NCBI GenBank assembly: GCA_035285125.1
Contig: JAYKHR010000066.1
Span: 143,762-207,761, forward strand
Origin: Candidatus Sericytochromatia bacterium
GTDB lineage: Bacteria; Cyanobacteriota; Sericytochromatia; S15B-MN24; JAQBPE01
Direction: 5' to 3'
Length of the DNA: 64,000 nt
Part shown: positions 9,108 to 19,052 of the stretch, piece after piece
Position numbering within the stretch: position 1 is the stretch's first letter
How the letters are laid out: every line of letters starts with the position of its first letter
Made by a program: the position numbers and the translations under genes
The notes under the pieces: generated by a model
The model's database searches: none
What the model saw: only the letters and a program-made list of their open reading frames with translations
What the model was told of the DNA's origin: nothing

Positions 9108-11195
9108 ATGCGACCCGTCCCCCCCAAACTAGCCCCGCTCCTGACTGCCGATGGCTCCCTGGAGGCCTCGGTGGCTGGGCTTTGGGAGGAGCGCGCGGAG
9201 GAGCTTGCCGCTCGCCTAGGGGTGGACCCTGAGGTGACGCGCCCCCTGGCATCAGAGTGTCTTCGTGCCCTGCGGGCTTGGGCGCGGACCGGGTCGGACC
9301 AGGCCGCCGGCGGGTCAGAGGGACTGACCGCCTGGCTGGTCGGACTCAGGCAGGAGTTCAGCCTGGAGGGCCTGGCGCGGGCGCTGATGCAGCTTGACCA
9401 CGCATTTCGGGACGCGGCCTGGCTGCTGGGCCTCCCCGGGCCGGACTGGAAGGCCCTGAGTGACGTTCTTGCCCGATTCTTCGAGGCCGGGCTCGACCTC
9501 ACGGTCGAGGGAGCCCGAGGCAGGCATGTCCAGTCCACCCGGCTCCGTGAAGAGCTGGCCCTGCTGCGGCGGCTGGCGGCTGCGCTCGATGGCCCGGATG
9601 GCCCCGGGGCGTTGATGGCCGTTGCCGTGCGAGAGACGGCGCACCTGCTGAACTGCGAGTTCTGCGCGGTGTTGCTCCCTGCCGAGGATGACCCCCGGGT
9701 GCTGAAGGTCGCAGCCGCCGAGGCCCCCCCGTTGCTTCGGAGCGCGGTTTCAAGCCTTGTCTTCCCGCTGGACGGGCCGGGCATCGTGAGCCAGGTGGTC
9801 ATGTCGGGGGCGCCGGCAAGCTCGTCGAATCCCCTCGCAGACCTCGACATCACCCTGCGGCGCAGGCAAACGCTCGAAGGGCTGGGATTCGGACACCTGA
9901 TGGCGCATCCGCTCACGTCGGGCGGCCGCGTCGTGGGGGTGCTCGTGCTGGCAAACCGCCTTGACGACGAACCTTGGAGCGCCATTGACGACGATTGGCT
10001 TTCAGCCATCGCCAGCCACCTGGCCATGGCGATTGTCTTGACCAGATCCCAGAGCCAGCTTCTCGCCCAGGAGGCCGAGGCCGTGCGCTGGTTGGAGACC
10101 GTGCTCGCGTTGGCCGACCCCGCCCTCCGTCGGCACGGCGAAGCGGTAGGTCAGCTGGCCGGTCAGCTCGCCGTGGCCTTGGGACTCGGGGCCTCGCGCG
10201 TGAGGCACGTGGTGGACGCAGGGCGGGTTCACGATGTCGGGCAAGTGTTCTGGCCTGAGGTCCTGCGGCGGCGACCAGGCCCCTTGTGGCCGGAGGAGAC
10301 GCCCCACGTGCTGGAGCACCCGGAACGCGGGGCCGTGTTGCTCGATGGGGTGCGGGTGCTGGCCCATCTGGCTCCGACGGTCAGAGCCCACCACGAGCGG
10401 TGGGACGGCGGCGGCTACCCGCAGGGCCTCGCTGGGGACCATATCCCCCTGGAGGCTCGAATCCTGGCGGTCGCAGACGCCTACGAGACGATGACGACGG
10501 CCCAGGTCTATCGGGCCGCGCTCCCGCCCCGGATGGCGCTGCAGGCGATCCGGGACGCTGCAGGCAGCCAGTTCGACCCGCTGATTGTTCAAACTCTGGT
10601 CGAGGTTTTGGGGGCCACCGACTTGGAGCCGATGTGGCTCGGGACCTCTGAGGGCAAGCGGCTGGAGGCTGAAGGTCCCGGCCTCCCCTCGCTCGCGAGC
10701 CGGCTCATCGCGGCCATCCATCGGATCGCGTCCCGGCTCGACGGGGACGCCCTGCCCCGCTCGTTCTGGACGGCCGTCCGGGAGCAATGCGGCTTCGACG
10801 CGGCCTTGCTCTGGCGCCGGGGGGACGGTGGGGGCCTCGTGCTGGTGGAGGCGTTGGGCCTCGTCGGCGCCCCGCTGGGTGCGACGGCCGGGCCGGGTAG
10901 CGTCGAGGTCCATGCCGCGACGTGCCAGGTGCCCGTGAGCCTTCCGAGCATCGGTGAGGACGCGCGGTTCCAGGCACCTACCTGGCTCGACACCTTGGCT
11001 GCCGGCAGCGCAGCAGCGTTCCCGATGATTGCGAACGATCGGGCCCTGGGCGTGCTGACGCTGCTGCGCAGGGCAGGATTGCCTTACACGGGAGCCGAGC
11101 TGGCGGTGGCCGAGGTGGCTGCCGCATTGGCTGCGCAGGGCCTTCGGCCGCACACCGGGCACACCGGTGATCACCCCGAGGAGGTGGCTCGATGA
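9108..11195 (+). CDS. GAF + HD-GYP + GAF domain protein (cyclic-dinucleotide phosphodiesterase family)
   Basis: HDVG, HHERWDGGGYPQGLAG and ARILAVADAY motifs, flanked by two GAF-like regions (PLTSGGRVVGVL; PMIANDRALGVL). Confidence 0.85.
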   Translation: MRPVPPKLAPLLTADGSLEASVAGLWEERAEELAARLGVDPEVTRPLASECLRALRAWARTGSDQAAGGSEGLTAWLVGLRQEFSLEGLARALMQLDHAFRDAAWLLGLPGPDWKALSDVLARFFEAGLDLTVEGARGRHVQSTRLREELALLRRLAAALDGPDGPGALMAVAVRETAHLLNCEFCAVLLPAEDDPRVLKVAAAEAPPLLRSAVSSLVFPLDGPGIVSQVVMSGAPASSSNPLADLDITLRRRQTLEGLGFGHLMAHPLTSGGRVVGVLVLANRLDDEPWSAIDDDWLSAIASHLAMAIVLTRSQSQLLAQEAEAVRWLETVLALADPALRRHGEAVGQLAGQLAVALGLGASRVRHVVDAGRVHDVGQVFWPEVLRRRPGPLWPEETPHVLEHPERGAVLLDGVRVLAHLAPTVRAHHERWDGGGYPQGLAGDHIPLEARILAVADAYETMTTAQVYRAALPPRMALQAIRDAAGSQFDPLIVQTLVEVLGATDLEPMWLGTSEGKRLEAEGPGLPSLASRLIAAIHRIASRLDGDALPRSFWTAVREQCGFDAALLWRRGDGGGLVLVEALGLVGAPLGATAGPGSVEVHAATCQVPVSLPSIGEDARFQAPTWLDTLAAGSAAAFPMIANDRALGVLTLLRRAGLPYTGAELAVAEVAAALAAQGLRPHTGHTGDHPEEVAR

Positions 11196-12061
11196 TTGCA
11201 CGACGCTGGTTCGCCGCCTCGGCCGCCTACCTCGGCATGCTTGCCGTGGCGGCGCTCACGGTCGGACCGTTCCTGTGGCTCCTTGTGACAGCGCTGCGGG
11301 GAGACGGTGAGAACATCTTCCGATATCCTCCCACGTTGCTTCCCGAGCAGCCGACGCTCGCGAACTTCTCTGCCGTTTGGGTCGCCGTGCCCTTTGGCCG
11401 CTACGTACTGAACAGCGCCCTCGTGGCGGTGGCGGCCGTCGTGCTCAACCTCGTGCTGGCCAGCCTGGCAGCCTACCCCCTGGCACGGATGGACTTCAGG
11501 GGACGCCAGCCCATCTTCTACGCCATCCTGGCCACGATGATGGTTCCTTTCCCCGTCATCTTGATCCCGCTCTTCACCATCGTGATGAAGCTGCACGGCG
11601 GGGTGATGGCCGTCGTGCCCGAGGCGCTTGACTCGGGTTACTGGCGCTACGCTTGGCTGGTTCTGCCGACTGGGGTCTCGGCCTTTGGCATCTTCCTGAT
11701 GCGTCAGGCGTTCCTGGCCATCCCAAGGGAGCTCGAAGAGGCCGTGCGCATGGACGGGGGAACGTCCTGGGACATCTGGCGCCGCGTTATGCTGCCGCTT
11801 TCACGGCCCGCACTCGCCACCTTGGCAATCTTCACCTTCGTTGGCTCGTGGGGAGATTTCCTCTGGCCGCTCGTGGTGCTTGATGACCCGCAGTACTACA
11901 CCTTGCCCGTGGGGGTCTCCTACCTGGCGGGCACGTTCAGCGCCAACTGGCGACTCATTGCGGCCGGCAGCGTGATCGCGGTGGTGCCGATCGTGGCGTT
12001 CTTCCTGGTGATGCAGCGTCACTTCGTCGGTGGCTCCACGGCCGGCGCGGTCAAGGGCTAG
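11192..12061 (+). CDS. Carbohydrate ABC transporter permease (MalG/UgpE-like)
   Basis: IPRELEEAVRMDG EAA loop, WGDFLWPL, GAVKG C-terminus; ATGA overlap with the upstream gene. Confidence 0.92.
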   Translation: MIARRWFAASAAYLGMLAVAALTVGPFLWLLVTALRGDGENIFRYPPTLLPEQPTLANFSAVWVAVPFGRYVLNSALVAVAAVVLNLVLASLAAYPLARMDFRGRQPIFYAILATMMVPFPVILIPLFTIVMKLHGGVMAVVPEALDSGYWRYAWLVLPTGVSAFGIFLMRQAFLAIPRELEEAVRMDGGTSWDIWRRVMLPLSRPALATLAIFTFVGSWGDFLWPLVVLDDPQYYTLPVGVSYLAGTFSANWRLIAAGSVIAVVPIVAFFLVMQRHFVGGSTAGAVKG

Positions 12062-12200
12062 GCTCCGGCTGTCAACCGCGCCAGCGGACCAGGCGCGCTG
12101 TCGCACAGGGGCCTGGCCAGCGGTGCGCCTCTCGCGGCATGCTCTCCGGGCACAACCCGCGCGGGGGATCGCCCCGGCGCCAGCAAGCATGGAGGTCATG

Positions 12201-12725
12201 ATGGGCCACCGCCAGCCCGGGGCCGTCAGCGCCCTGAGCCTCAGCTACCTCGACTGGCCGCGCCTGCTCGACCACGTCAGGGAGAGGCTCCGCACCCTCG
12301 AGGCGGCTCGCTGGGCGATGGGGGACACGCTGGTGGAGGTCCAGCTCGCCATGGGGGCCAGCCCTGAGATTGAGGCAGCCTTTGCGCGGGAGGGTTGCTC
12401 CTGGCCGGCCCTGGCAGCCTCCCTGGGGGTTCGGACGACCGAGCTCGCCACGCTGAGGGAGGTCGCCCGTAGCTTTCCACCGCGCAAGCGCGTATCCGGC
12501 GTCGGTTGGGAGCACCACCGCCGCGTGCTGTTGACCCTCCCGACCGCCACCCTCTCGCTGAGGCAACGGTGGCTGAGGGAGGCGGCCCGTCGAGATTGGT
12601 CAGCGGCCACGCTGGCGCGTCGAATTCGCGCGGAGGCCTGCGCCCAGGGGGCCGAGCCCAGGCCCCGGAAGCGCAGACTCCCGGGCGCAGCGGCCACGCC
12701 GTCCGAAGGCCAGCCCCGCCCGTGA
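12201..12725 (+). CDS. Putative DNA-binding protein, LmbU/DUF1016-N-like
   Basis: WAMGD...LAASLG...VARSF..RKR..VGWEHHRRV...WLREAARRDWS...L.RRIR resembles the LmbU-type pattern; GGAGG RBS. Confidence 0.55.
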   Translation: MGHRQPGAVSALSLSYLDWPRLLDHVRERLRTLEAARWAMGDTLVEVQLAMGASPEIEAAFAREGCSWPALAASLGVRTTELATLREVARSFPPRKRVSGVGWEHHRRVLLTLPTATLSLRQRWLREAARRDWSAATLARRIRAEACAQGAEPRPRKRRLPGAAATPSEGQPRP

Positions 12726-12865
12726 CGTCTGGGGCGTCGGCCCCTGGCCCCCGCGGCTCGGCCAACCCGGATGCCCCCGATCCGGCGCCGCGGGCGCGAG
12801 CCGGGAGGGGCTCCGGCGCTGGGGACGTGCGCCTCGCATCCGGGTATAACTGAGATGGCGCCAGG

Positions 12866-14011
12866 TTGCCTGGGCGCAATGGCCCTGTCCCCCTGGAGCC
12901 CGGTGGCTTGGCACCCTTCCACACTCTCCCTTCCATCACCCTGTGCCTCACCGCGGGCGCCCTCTTGGCGCTGGCGGCGCCATCCCTGGCAAGCCCGCAC
13001 ACTGCCAGCGCCGTCCAGGCGGCAGCCGACGCGGAAAGCCTCCTTCGGCTGGGTAGGCAGGAGGCGAGCCGTGGTGCGCGGGACCGTGCCTTGTCCCTGC
13101 TTCAGCGGTCCCTGGCGGTGGCGCCGGAACAGCTCGGGCCTCTTGTCGATCTGGGTATTGCCCTGGCGGATCTCGGGGCCTACGATGCGGCCAAGGCCGC
13201 CTTCGAACGGGCGCTTCAGGTTGGGCCGGACGACGCCGCCGCCCTGAACGGCCTTGGCTATGTCCTGTACCGGATGGAACACCACCGAGCGGCGATCGTG
13301 CACTACAGGCGAGCGCTCGACCGCAAGGACGAACCGCAGTACCACCTGAACTTGGGGCTGGCTTACCTCGCGCAGCGCCGTTGGGGGCAGGCTGAGGACG
13401 AGTTCAGGCGCGCGGCGCGGGGAGCCGGGGCCGGCTACTGGGCTTGCAACAACCTCGGCTACGCGCTGCAGCGGCAGGGGCGCCTCGAGGAGGCCAAGCA
13501 GGCCTATCACGCGGCCTTGCCCGTTGCCGAGCGGGACCTGACGGCCCACGTGAACCTCGGGTCGCTGCTGCTCGCCGAAGAGAAGTGGGGCGAGGCCGCC
13601 TGGGTCTACCAGGATGCCCTCAAGCGCGATGACAGCGCCCCGGATGCCCACCTCGGCCTCGCCAACGCGCTGACCCAACTGGGCCGGCTGGACGAGGCGA
13701 TCTTGGAGCTGCGCGTCGCTTTGGCGTTGCGGGCCGCCACGCCGGCCACCCACCACCTGATGGGGCAGCTCTACCTGCACCGGGGAGAACCTGACGCCGC
13801 CCGCTCGGAAACCCTCGAGGCCATTGCGGGGGCGCCGCGTGAGGCTTCCTACCACCTCACGCTGGCGCGGGCGCTCATAGCCTTGGGGCGTCCTGACGAG
13901 GCGGCCCGTACATTCCGGGTGTTTCTCTCCCTCAGGCCAGACGCCGAAGAGGCGCCTCGCGTGAGGCAGTGGTTGGACCAGCGTCGGACGGCCAGGCTCA
14001 GGGATCGCTGA
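12866..14011 (+). CDS. Exported tetratricopeptide repeat protein
   Basis: Signal-like LLALAAPSLA followed by repeated NLG..L/A..Y..AL helices. Start uncertain. Confidence 0.85.
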   Translation: MPGRNGPVPLEPGGLAPFHTLPSITLCLTAGALLALAAPSLASPHTASAVQAAADAESLLRLGRQEASRGARDRALSLLQRSLAVAPEQLGPLVDLGIALADLGAYDAAKAAFERALQVGPDDAAALNGLGYVLYRMEHHRAAIVHYRRALDRKDEPQYHLNLGLAYLAQRRWGQAEDEFRRAARGAGAGYWACNNLGYALQRQGRLEEAKQAYHAALPVAERDLTAHVNLGSLLLAEEKWGEAAWVYQDALKRDDSAPDAHLGLANALTQLGRLDEAILELRVALALRAATPATHHLMGQLYLHRGEPDAARSETLEAIAGAPREASYHLTLARALIALGRPDEAARTFRVFLSLRPDAEEAPRVRQWLDQRRTARLRDR

Positions 14012-14013
14012 CG

Positions 14014-14022
14014 TGGTACCAT
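14014..14022 (+). promoter_or_regulatory. Extended -10 (TGGTACCAT) of rnpB
   Basis: Ends 5 nt before the RNase P P1 helix. Confidence 0.6.
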
Positions 14023-14027
14023 GGCGT

Positions 14028-14371
14028 GGAAGTTTGCCGGGTCATCGCGGCGCTGCAAGGCGTCGAGGAAAGTCCGAGCTCCGCAGGGCATGACGCTGGG
14101 TAACGCCCAGTGGGGGTGACCCCGAGGACAGTGCCACAGAAACAAACCGCCGGGCCTCGGCCCGGTAAGGGTGCAAAGGTGGGGTAAGAGCCCACCAGCG
14201 GCGGGGTGACCCGCCGGCTAGGTAAACCCCGTCAGGAGCAAGACCAAGCAGGGGAGACGAGGCTGCCCGCCGATCCCCGGGTCAGGTCGCTCGAGGCCAG
14301 CGGCGACGCTGGTCCCAGATAGATGATGGCCCCCCGTAAGGGGACAGAACTCGGCTTACAGGCAGACTTCC
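14028..14371 (+). ncRNA. rnpB: RNase P RNA, type A
   Basis: GAGGAAAGTCC, AGTGCCACAGAAAC, GGTAAACCCC...GAGCAAG and ACAGAACTCGGCTTA conserved regions; P1 helix GGAAGTTTGCC/GGCAGACTTCC. Confidence 0.97.
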
Positions 14372-14396
14372 AGGGGGCCCTCGCGGCCCCCTTTCT
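14372..14396 (+). terminator. Probable intrinsic terminator after rnpB
   Basis: AGGGGGCC-ctcgc-GGCCCCCT stem followed by a short T tract. Confidence 0.6.
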
Positions 14397-14491
14397 GCGG
14401 CTTCCCGGGCAGCCGGGGCGTCCATTATGTTAAACTGACCCGCGTGAGCCCACTCACCGTCCCCGGTCGCCACCTCAGGCCACAATCGAGC

Positions 14492-15436
14492 GTGAGCAAC
14501 GTCTTCTCCCACCAACCCGTGCTGCTCGACCCCGTGCTCCACTGGCTCGCCCCCTCCCCAGGCGACGTGGTGCTCGACGGCACCGTGGGCGGCGCCGGGC
14601 ACGCCTGCGCCCTTTGGAGGCACATTGCGCCGACCGGGCTGGTCGTGGGGCTCGACCGCGACCCGGCGGCCCTGGCGGCGGCGGGGGACCGGCTGGCGGA
14701 AGAGGGCGCGCGTCACCAGCTACACCGAACCACCTTCGACCGCCTCGCCGAGTTGGGGCTTCCGCCGCTCGACGTGGTGCTGCTCGATATTGGCGTTTCG
14801 TCGCCGCAGCTCGATCGCGCGGAGCGTGGCTTCAGCTTCAGGCAGGCTGGCCCCCTCGATATGCGCATGGACCCGGATGCCCCTATGACCGCTGCCGACA
14901 TGCTACGGGAGGCCTCCGAGGCCGAGTTGGCGCGGGTGTTCTTCGAGCTTGGCGAGGAGCGTCAGGGCAGGCGCGTCGCGCGGGCCCTCGTGGCCCACAG
15001 GGAGGCGGGGGGCTGGTGGGACAACACGGCCACCCTCGCCGACTTCATCGCGCGAATCGTCGGTCGCGGCAGTGGTCAGATCCACCCGGCCACTCGGGTT
15101 TTCCAGGCACTGAGGATCGCCGTCAACGATGAACTGGGAATGCTCCGGAGGGCCTTGCCCGCTGCCGTGGCGGCGCTGAAACCCGGGGGACGGCTGGGCG
15201 TCATCACCTTCCATTCCCTGGAGGACCGCATCGTGAAGCAGTTCTTCCAGGGCGAGGCGCGCGGCTGCATCTGCCCGCCCCGCCAGCCGGTCTGCACGTG
15301 CAGCCACCGGCCCAGCCTTGAAGTTGTCACTCGCAAGCCCGTGGTCGCCTCCGACGAGGAGGCCCGTGGCAATCCCCGCGCCCGCAGCGCCAAGCTGAGG
15401 GTCGCGCGGCGCCTCACTGTCCCGGCCCGAGCCTGA
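14492..15436 (+). CDS. rsmH: 16S rRNA m4C1402 methyltransferase
   Basis: HQPVLL, DGTVGGAGH, DIGVSSPQLD, HPATRVFQALRIAVNDE and NPRARSAKLR motifs. Confidence 0.96.
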   Translation: MSNVFSHQPVLLDPVLHWLAPSPGDVVLDGTVGGAGHACALWRHIAPTGLVVGLDRDPAALAAAGDRLAEEGARHQLHRTTFDRLAELGLPPLDVVLLDIGVSSPQLDRAERGFSFRQAGPLDMRMDPDAPMTAADMLREASEAELARVFFELGEERQGRRVARALVAHREAGGWWDNTATLADFIARIVGRGSGQIHPATRVFQALRIAVNDELGMLRRALPAAVAALKPGGRLGVITFHSLEDRIVKQFFQGEARGCICPPRQPVCTCSHRPSLEVVTRKPVVASDEEARGNPRARSAKLRVARRLTVPARA

Positions 15437-15448
15437 GGAGATCTCCAC

Positions 15449-15847
15449 GTGGCCCCTGCGCCCAATGAAGCCGTCGCCGCCGCTGCCCTCCCGGAGCCCT
15501 GGCCCTCACCCGCCCGTCGGGTGGGGCGGCGGGTGTTCCCGCGGGCCTGGACCCTGACGCTGTCCGCGCTGGGCATCCTGTTGCTGACGCTCTACATCCA
15601 CACCGTGTTGCAGGAGCACCACCTCAATGCCCTCAAGAAGGAGATCGACAACCTCCGAGAGCAGACGGTGCGCGACCGGATGCAACTCGAAGCTGTGCGT
15701 AACCCTCAGGTCATCGATCGCAAGGCCGTGAGCCTCGGGATGAAGCAGCCAGCGGAGGTCGTGTACGTCAACAAGCCGTTGACCGGGGCGCGCCGCGTCG
15801 TGAACACCATCCCGCTCCGGCAGACGGCCACGCACGAGGGTTTTTGA
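15449..15847 (+). CDS. ftsL: Cell division protein FtsL-like
   Basis: Single TM helix plus coiled coil ending in A.SLGM; lies between rsmH and ftsI. Confidence 0.7.
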   Translation: MAPAPNEAVAAAALPEPWPSPARRVGRRVFPRAWTLTLSALGILLLTLYIHTVLQEHHLNALKKEIDNLREQTVRDRMQLEAVRNPQVIDRKAVSLGMKQPAEVVYVNKPLTGARRVVNTIPLRQTATHEGF

Positions 15848-15849
15848 CC

Positions 15850-17601
15850 ATGTCATCAGCCCCCCTGGTGGTCCGTCAGCGCGCCTCTTGGGTGCTGATG
15901 GGGCTCGCGGCCGTCGCAGCCGCGCTGACAGCCAGGCTCGTCTACCTGCAGGTTCTCACGGGGCCATCGCTGTCTGCCATGGCCGTGGCCCAGCGCACCA
16001 AGACCGTCGACCTGTTCTCCGTTCGAGGGGAGATCGTCGACCGAAACGGCAAGGCCCTCGCAGCCTCGGTGGAGGCCTACTCGGTGTACGCCAGCCCGAG
16101 GGACGCACGGAAATTCGACCGCCAGGCGACGGCGTCGCGCCTCGCGCCGGTCCTGGGGATGAAGCCCGCGGCCTTGCTGCAGCGCCTGCAGGGGAACCAC
16201 TTCCGCTGGCTCCACAGGCTGGCTGACGACCGGGTTTACAAGAAGGTCCGGGCCCTCAAGCTGCCAGGGATCGGCATCGTCACCGAGAGCCGGCGCGTGT
16301 ACCCCAAGGGCCGTCTGGCGGCGACGCTGATCGGCTTTGTCGGTGTTGACAACCAGGGCCTCGCTGGCATCGAGCACGCCTTCGACCAGGTGCTGCGCGG
16401 GCCGCAACAGAAGGTCAGGGTGGAGGTGGACGGCTATGGTCGGGAAATCATGCGGGAGGGCTCGCACAAGCTGCTGGATGCCTACCTGTCGGGCGGCAGC
16501 CAGGTCGTACTCACGATCGACGAGAACCTTCAACACGTGGCCGAGCGAGAGCTCGGGGCCGCCATCTCGGGCTCTGGAGCCATGCGCGGGGCCATTATCA
16601 TCATGGACCCCCGCTCGGGTGACCTGCTGGCTTTCGCCACGCTGCCCACCTACGACCCGAACCACTTCGGTAAGTACGACTGGCAGGACATCAAGAACTG
16701 GGCCGTGACTGACGTCTACGAGCCCGGGTCCACCATGAAGTGTTTCTCAGTTGCTGCAGCCTTGGAGCACAAGCGCGTCTCGCTGGGTACCACCTTCAGC
16801 TGCCCCGAGCGCATCCTCGTGGATGGTCGCGTCGTCTCTGACCACGAAAGCGGTCTCGGCACGCGCCAGCTCACGCCTTCGGGGATCATCGAGGTCAGCT
16901 CCAACGTGGGCACCACCCAGATTGCGTTTCATCTTTCCACCTCCCAGCACCGGCGGTTCCTCCAGCGTCTCGGCTTCGGAGCCGTCACCGGTAGCGGCAT
17001 CACTGGAGAGTCCGCGGGGGTGCTTCCCGGCCTCCCGTGGCGTCGCCTCACCCAGGCGACGATCTCCTACGGCCAGGGCATCTCAGCCACGCCCCTGCAG
17101 GTGCTGACGGCGGCAGCGGCCATCGGCAATGGAGGGGTTCGGCTGGTGCCGCGCCTTATCGACCGGGTCGTCTCGAACAAGGGCGAGGTGCTTCAGACCT
17201 TTCCCGTGAAGACCGCTGCGACGTGTATGGCACCAGAGACCGCGCAGGCCGTGATGGGCATGCTGGAGCAGGTTGTGGAGCGTGGCACCGGACTCGAGGC
17301 TCGCGTGCCCGGCTTCTGGGTGGGGGGCAAAACCGGGACGGCCCAGCGCGTGCGCGACGACGGTCTCGGCTACTCGGACGACGTGGTGGCCTCGTTCGTC
17401 GGCTTCGCCCCGAGCAAATCACCCCGCTTTGCCATCTTGACCCTGCTCGACTCCCCTCGCAAGGTACACTGGGCAAGCATGACGGCCGCCCCGCTGTTCG
17501 CCAGGGTTGCCGAAGCAGCGCTTCGCCAGGCCGGGGTGCAGCCCACCCGCCCCGTGACACAGACGGGCGCGCCACCCAAGGCCGTTCCGCGCGGCGAATG
17601 A
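15850..17601 (+). CDS. ftsI: Class B penicillin-binding protein (FtsI/PBP3)
   Basis: RGEIVDRNG, EPGSTMK (SxxK), SSN and KTGT motifs; dcw position. Confidence 0.92.
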   Translation: MSSAPLVVRQRASWVLMGLAAVAAALTARLVYLQVLTGPSLSAMAVAQRTKTVDLFSVRGEIVDRNGKALAASVEAYSVYASPRDARKFDRQATASRLAPVLGMKPAALLQRLQGNHFRWLHRLADDRVYKKVRALKLPGIGIVTESRRVYPKGRLAATLIGFVGVDNQGLAGIEHAFDQVLRGPQQKVRVEVDGYGREIMREGSHKLLDAYLSGGSQVVLTIDENLQHVAERELGAAISGSGAMRGAIIIMDPRSGDLLAFATLPTYDPNHFGKYDWQDIKNWAVTDVYEPGSTMKCFSVAAALEHKRVSLGTTFSCPERILVDGRVVSDHESGLGTRQLTPSGIIEVSSNVGTTQIAFHLSTSQHRRFLQRLGFGAVTGSGITGESAGVLPGLPWRRLTQATISYGQGISATPLQVLTAAAAIGNGGVRLVPRLIDRVVSNKGEVLQTFPVKTAATCMAPETAQAVMGMLEQVVERGTGLEARVPGFWVGGKTGTAQRVRDDGLGYSDDVVASFVGFAPSKSPRFAILTLLDSPRKVHWASMTAAPLFARVAEAALRQAGVQPTRPVTQTGAPPKAVPRGE

Positions 17602-17657
17602 TCGGGCTCACGGCCCCGGCCGGAGCCGGCGGTTACACTCTGGGCGGAGGCACTGAC

Positions 17658-19052
17658 ATGTTGAGCTTCGATGAGGTGGCTGCAGCCACCGGGGCCAGGA
17701 TCAGCGGGCATGTTCCCGATGTCGAGTTGCGATCGGTGGTGATCGACAGCCGCCTGGTCGAGCCAGGCAGCCTGTTCGTGTGTCTGCGTGGGGCGCGCCA
17801 TGACGGCCACGCCTTTGCCCGGGCTGCGCTCTCAGATGGCGCCGTCGCCATCCTGGCTCAGGAGGGTGTGGACCTGAACGTGCCGCCGGACACCCCGGTG
17901 CTCAGCGTGCTTGACCCCCTTGCCTCGCTGGGGCAGGTGGCCGCTGCCTGGCGCGCGAAGCTCCCAACAACGCTGATCGGCGTGACCGGCTCTTCGGGCA
18001 AGACCTCCACCAAGGAGATGCTGGCCGCTTACCTGTCCCGGTTCGGTTCGGTGGGTAAGACGGAAGCCAACCACAACAACGAGTTGGGCGTGCCGCTGAC
18101 CCTGCTTTCCTTCCAGCCCGACATGCGCTTCGGCATCGTGGAGATGGGGATGCGGGCAGAGGGCGAGATCGCAGTGCTCGCTCGGATGGCCGGTCCCGCT
18201 GTCGGTGTGGTTACCAACGTCGGGACGGCCCACATCGGACGCCTCGGGAGCAGGGAGGCGATTGCACGGGCCAAGGCGGAGCTGTGGCAACACCTGGCTC
18301 CAGGTGGGGTGGCCATCGCTCCCTGGGATGACGCGCTGGCCTCGCTGGAGGCCGCGCGCTGGGGCGGGCGCATCGTCACATGGAGCCTGACGGACCCTGG
18401 GGCGACGGTGTGGTCCCACGACGTTCAGGCGTTCGGTGAAGGCCAGGTCTTCACGGCCTACTGGAAGGCTGGCCCTGGGCTTCGCCACGGCCGCGCCGAG
18501 GTCAGGCTGCCGCTCTGGGGTGACCACCACCGCGCCAACGCCCTGGCCGCGTTGGCCGTTGGCTGGGCCCTCGGTCTCGTGCCCGAGGCCCGCCTGGAGA
18601 TCCGGCCGGACACCCTGCCCGGACGCGCCCGCAACCTGGAGCTTGGGGGGGTGGGCATCACCGACGACGCCTACAACGCCAACCCGGAAAGCGTGCGAGC
18701 TGCCCTCAAGGCGTTTTCTGAGAGGCCGTCGCAGGGTCGACGTATCGCCGTGCTGGGCGATATGGCCGAGCTAGGGGACCATACGGCCGAGGCGCACCGG
18801 GGAATCGGAGCCTACGCCGCCACGCTCGCACTGGATGAGCTGGTTGCGATTGGCGTCGAGGCGCCCAGGTACGCCGAGGGCTGTGGCGACGGGCTGCCCT
18901 GTCGCGTGCTGGGCACCCCGGACGAGGCCGTGGCCTACCTGCTCGGGCAACTGGCGCCGGGCGACAGGTTGCTGCTGAAGGCCTCCCGCTCGGCTCGGCT
19001 CGAGAGGGTGCTGGAGGGCCTCGCTGCAGCGTGGGGAGGTGCACGGTCGTGA
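17658..19052 (+). CDS. murF: UDP-MurNAc-tripeptide:D-Ala-D-Ala ligase
   Basis: DSR, VTGSSGKTSTKE, NNELGVPLTL, DAYNANP and LKASR motifs; GGAGG RBS. Confidence 0.95.
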   Translation: MLSFDEVAAATGARISGHVPDVELRSVVIDSRLVEPGSLFVCLRGARHDGHAFARAALSDGAVAILAQEGVDLNVPPDTPVLSVLDPLASLGQVAAAWRAKLPTTLIGVTGSSGKTSTKEMLAAYLSRFGSVGKTEANHNNELGVPLTLLSFQPDMRFGIVEMGMRAEGEIAVLARMAGPAVGVVTNVGTAHIGRLGSREAIARAKAELWQHLAPGGVAIAPWDDALASLEAARWGGRIVTWSLTDPGATVWSHDVQAFGEGQVFTAYWKAGPGLRHGRAEVRLPLWGDHHRANALAALAVGWALGLVPEARLEIRPDTLPGRARNLELGGVGITDDAYNANPESVRAALKAFSERPSQGRRIAVLGDMAELGDHTAEAHRGIGAYAATLALDELVAIGVEAPRYAEGCGDGLPCRVLGTPDEAVAYLLGQLAPGDRLLLKASRSARLERVLEGLAAAWGGARS

